A DNA stretch of 46,841 bases from Bacteroidales bacterium. Lineage in GTDB: Bacteria > Bacteroidota > Bacteroidia > Bacteroidales > VadinHA17. The notes below the pieces were generated by a model, which was not told the DNA's origin, did not search any database, and saw nothing but the letters and a program-made list of their open reading frames with translations. The stretch covers positions 1 through 46,841 of the forward strand of contig JADGPT010000001.1 of assembly GCA_017882345.1 (NCBI GenBank). Direction: 5' to 3'. Below are positions 45,954 through 46,841 of the stretch, in pieces; positions within the stretch are counted from its first letter, which is position 1, and each line of letters begins with the position of its first letter. A program made the position numbers and the translations under genes.

Positions 45954-45967
45954 AAAGATATATCTTT
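45954..45967 (-). promoter_or_regulatory. perfect 14-nt palindrome AAAGATATATCTTT, candidate TA operator
   Basis: Lies 21 nt upstream of the antitoxin ATG. A degenerate copy AAAGAATATCT sits at 45981..45991. Confidence 0.4.
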
Positions 45968-46089
45968 TTAGTATATATTCAAAGAATATCTATTTTTTGT
46001 TTCGATTGTCTGTTTTTGCATGCGGCCAATGTTTAGCAGCTACCCGAAGGTGGCGATTTTGAATCACTAAACTGTCTGGTCTAAAGTGA

Positions 46090-46284
46090 CTACTTGTCGA
46101 GATATTTTGAAAATTTTTCATCTACATGTTGATTGAACCATTTATCAATAACTGATTTCTTAAATCTCCATTCTTTCCCCAATTTTGCGGCAGGAATCTT
46201 GCCATTCTGTGCCCAGGTATAGATAGTCTGAGGTTTAAGTTTTAAATATTTTGCAACTTCTTCAAGTGTCATTATATCTTCCAT
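46090..46284 (-). CDS. excisionase-family (MerR-like) helix-turn-helix DNA-binding protein
   Basis: 64-aa ORF. MTLEEVAKYLKLKPQTIYTWAQNGKIPAAKLGKEWRFKKSVIDKW is the classic HTH_17/excisionase pattern. Confidence 0.75.
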   Translation of the reverse strand: MEDIMTLEEVAKYLKLKPQTIYTWAQNGKIPAAKLGKEWRFKKSVIDKWFNQHVDEKFSKYLDK

Positions 46285-46287
46285 CTT

Positions 46288-46841
46288 CTATTTCTTCAAC
46301 AGATTTAAAATATTAGTATCATTTGTTTGCGTATTGTTATTAACAGGATAATGATAAGGTTGCTTGATTTCTTCATTTTGCTGAACATCTTTCGTTGATA
46401 CAAGTTGCTGAACAGAATAAATAATTGCTGTGTAAAAATTACCTTCATACTTCCTGAAAAGTTTAAACTCCTCATTTTTGTTACATAGAAATGGTCTTAA
46501 ATTCCATGATAATTGAATACCAACAAATGCTAAAATTATAATCCAGATTCTAAACACTGTAACACCGATTTGAGGATAAGTATCTTTTTTTTCACAAGCA
46601 AATTTCAGAGCATCAATCATTAACCGCATTCCAAAAATGCCTGAGAATATAAAAATTGCTACATGTAAAAGTTGTAAAAAATGATAATTTCCGCCAGTTA
46701 TTTGAAAGAAAATAATGATTGGAGAAAAAGATAAGGCTATAGCAGAAGTTAGGACAAAACCACTTAAGACAATAATTATCATTTGCCTAAGATTCATTTT
46801 TGAACCTAGAACTTGTTGAATTACAAAAAAAGAAGGGAAAC
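46288..46841 (-). CDS. multi-pass membrane protein, unknown function; possibly 5'-partial
   Basis: The track starts it at ATG 46797. The frame has no stop up to the window end (...FPSFFVIQQVLGSK-MNLRQMIII...), so the true start may lie outside. It has at least 4 hydrophobic helices and a polar Asn/Gln-rich tail. Its stop is 3 nt before the HTH gene. Confidence 0.5.
   Translation of the reverse strand, partial: FPSFFVIQQVLGSKMNLRQMIIIVLSGFVLTSAIALSFSPIIIFFQITGGNYHFLQLLHVAIFIFSGIFGMRLMIDALKFACEKKDTYPQIGVTVFRIWIIILAFVGIQLSWNLRPFLCNKNEEFKLFRKYEGNFYTAIIYSVQQLVSTKDVQQNEEIKQPYHYPVNNNTQTNDTNILNLLKK

Noticed and set aside
1-46841. Alternative genetic code, selenocysteine or programmed frameshift signals
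   Set aside because: All family-recognisable genes read through cleanly with the standard code. There are no in-frame TGA or TAG within recognisable domains and no split genes apart from the VapC remnant.

Overview
The window reads as a 46.8-kb chromosomal segment from an AT-rich Bacteroidota-like genome. The evidence for that is gldF/gldG, many lipoprotein and Tat signals, almost no Shine-Dalgarno sequences and frequent ATGA start/stop overlaps. Coding density is high, with about 47 supportable CDS. By eye I found no rRNA, tRNA, CRISPR array, transposase, integrase or reverse transcriptase.

Gene content, left to right:
- RND efflux permease (open past the window start) plus its adaptor.
- GT2 glycosyltransferase, pterin-4a-carbinolamine dehydratase and an SDR.
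- Several small secreted or membrane proteins, including a soluble SecD-head-like protein and a YkuD-type L,D-transpeptidase.
- A 433-aa secreted protein with an aromatic-rich block and a basic repeat tail.
- A signalling block: standalone receiver, hybrid HisKA-HATPase-REC-HPt kinase and a sigma-54 enhancer-binding protein, followed by a coiled-coil membrane protein.
- A YdjC/ChbG-type deacetylase.
- A trio of exported proteins: unknown beta-rich protein, Tat-signal TIM-barrel 'sugar phosphate isomerase' and Tat-signal Gfo/Idh/MocA oxidoreductase.
- A seven-gene co-directional cluster: XdhC, MocA-like, 2Fe-2S subunit, Tat-signal molybdopterin subunit, OmpR-type regulator and kinase, trailed by a PepSY-like protein. 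It is divergent from a lipoprotein amidase.
- A lone tatA, a DUF5916/CBM9-like protein, and FAH hydrolase, epsilon-like exonuclease and dnaN.
- DUF4340, gldG and gldF, then SpoIID/LytB, lpxB, a small membrane protein and surE.
- At the right edge, a toxin-antitoxin patch: a vapC remnant and an intact RHH-mazF pair, then an excisionase-type HTH gene and a membrane protein gene that is open past the window end.

Candidates most worth follow-up:
1. A palindrome plus a -24/-12-like element that recurs upstream of both transcription units flanking the sigma-54 activator gene.
2. The self-contained periplasmic two-subunit molybdoenzyme cluster, which has no FAD or cytochrome partner and a two-component system in its tail.
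3. The Tat-exported Gfo/Idh/MocA plus TIM-barrel plus unknown exported protein set.
4. The TA/HTH/membrane-protein patch at the right edge.

All functional calls come from motif recognition and recollection of protein families. No searches or computations were run.
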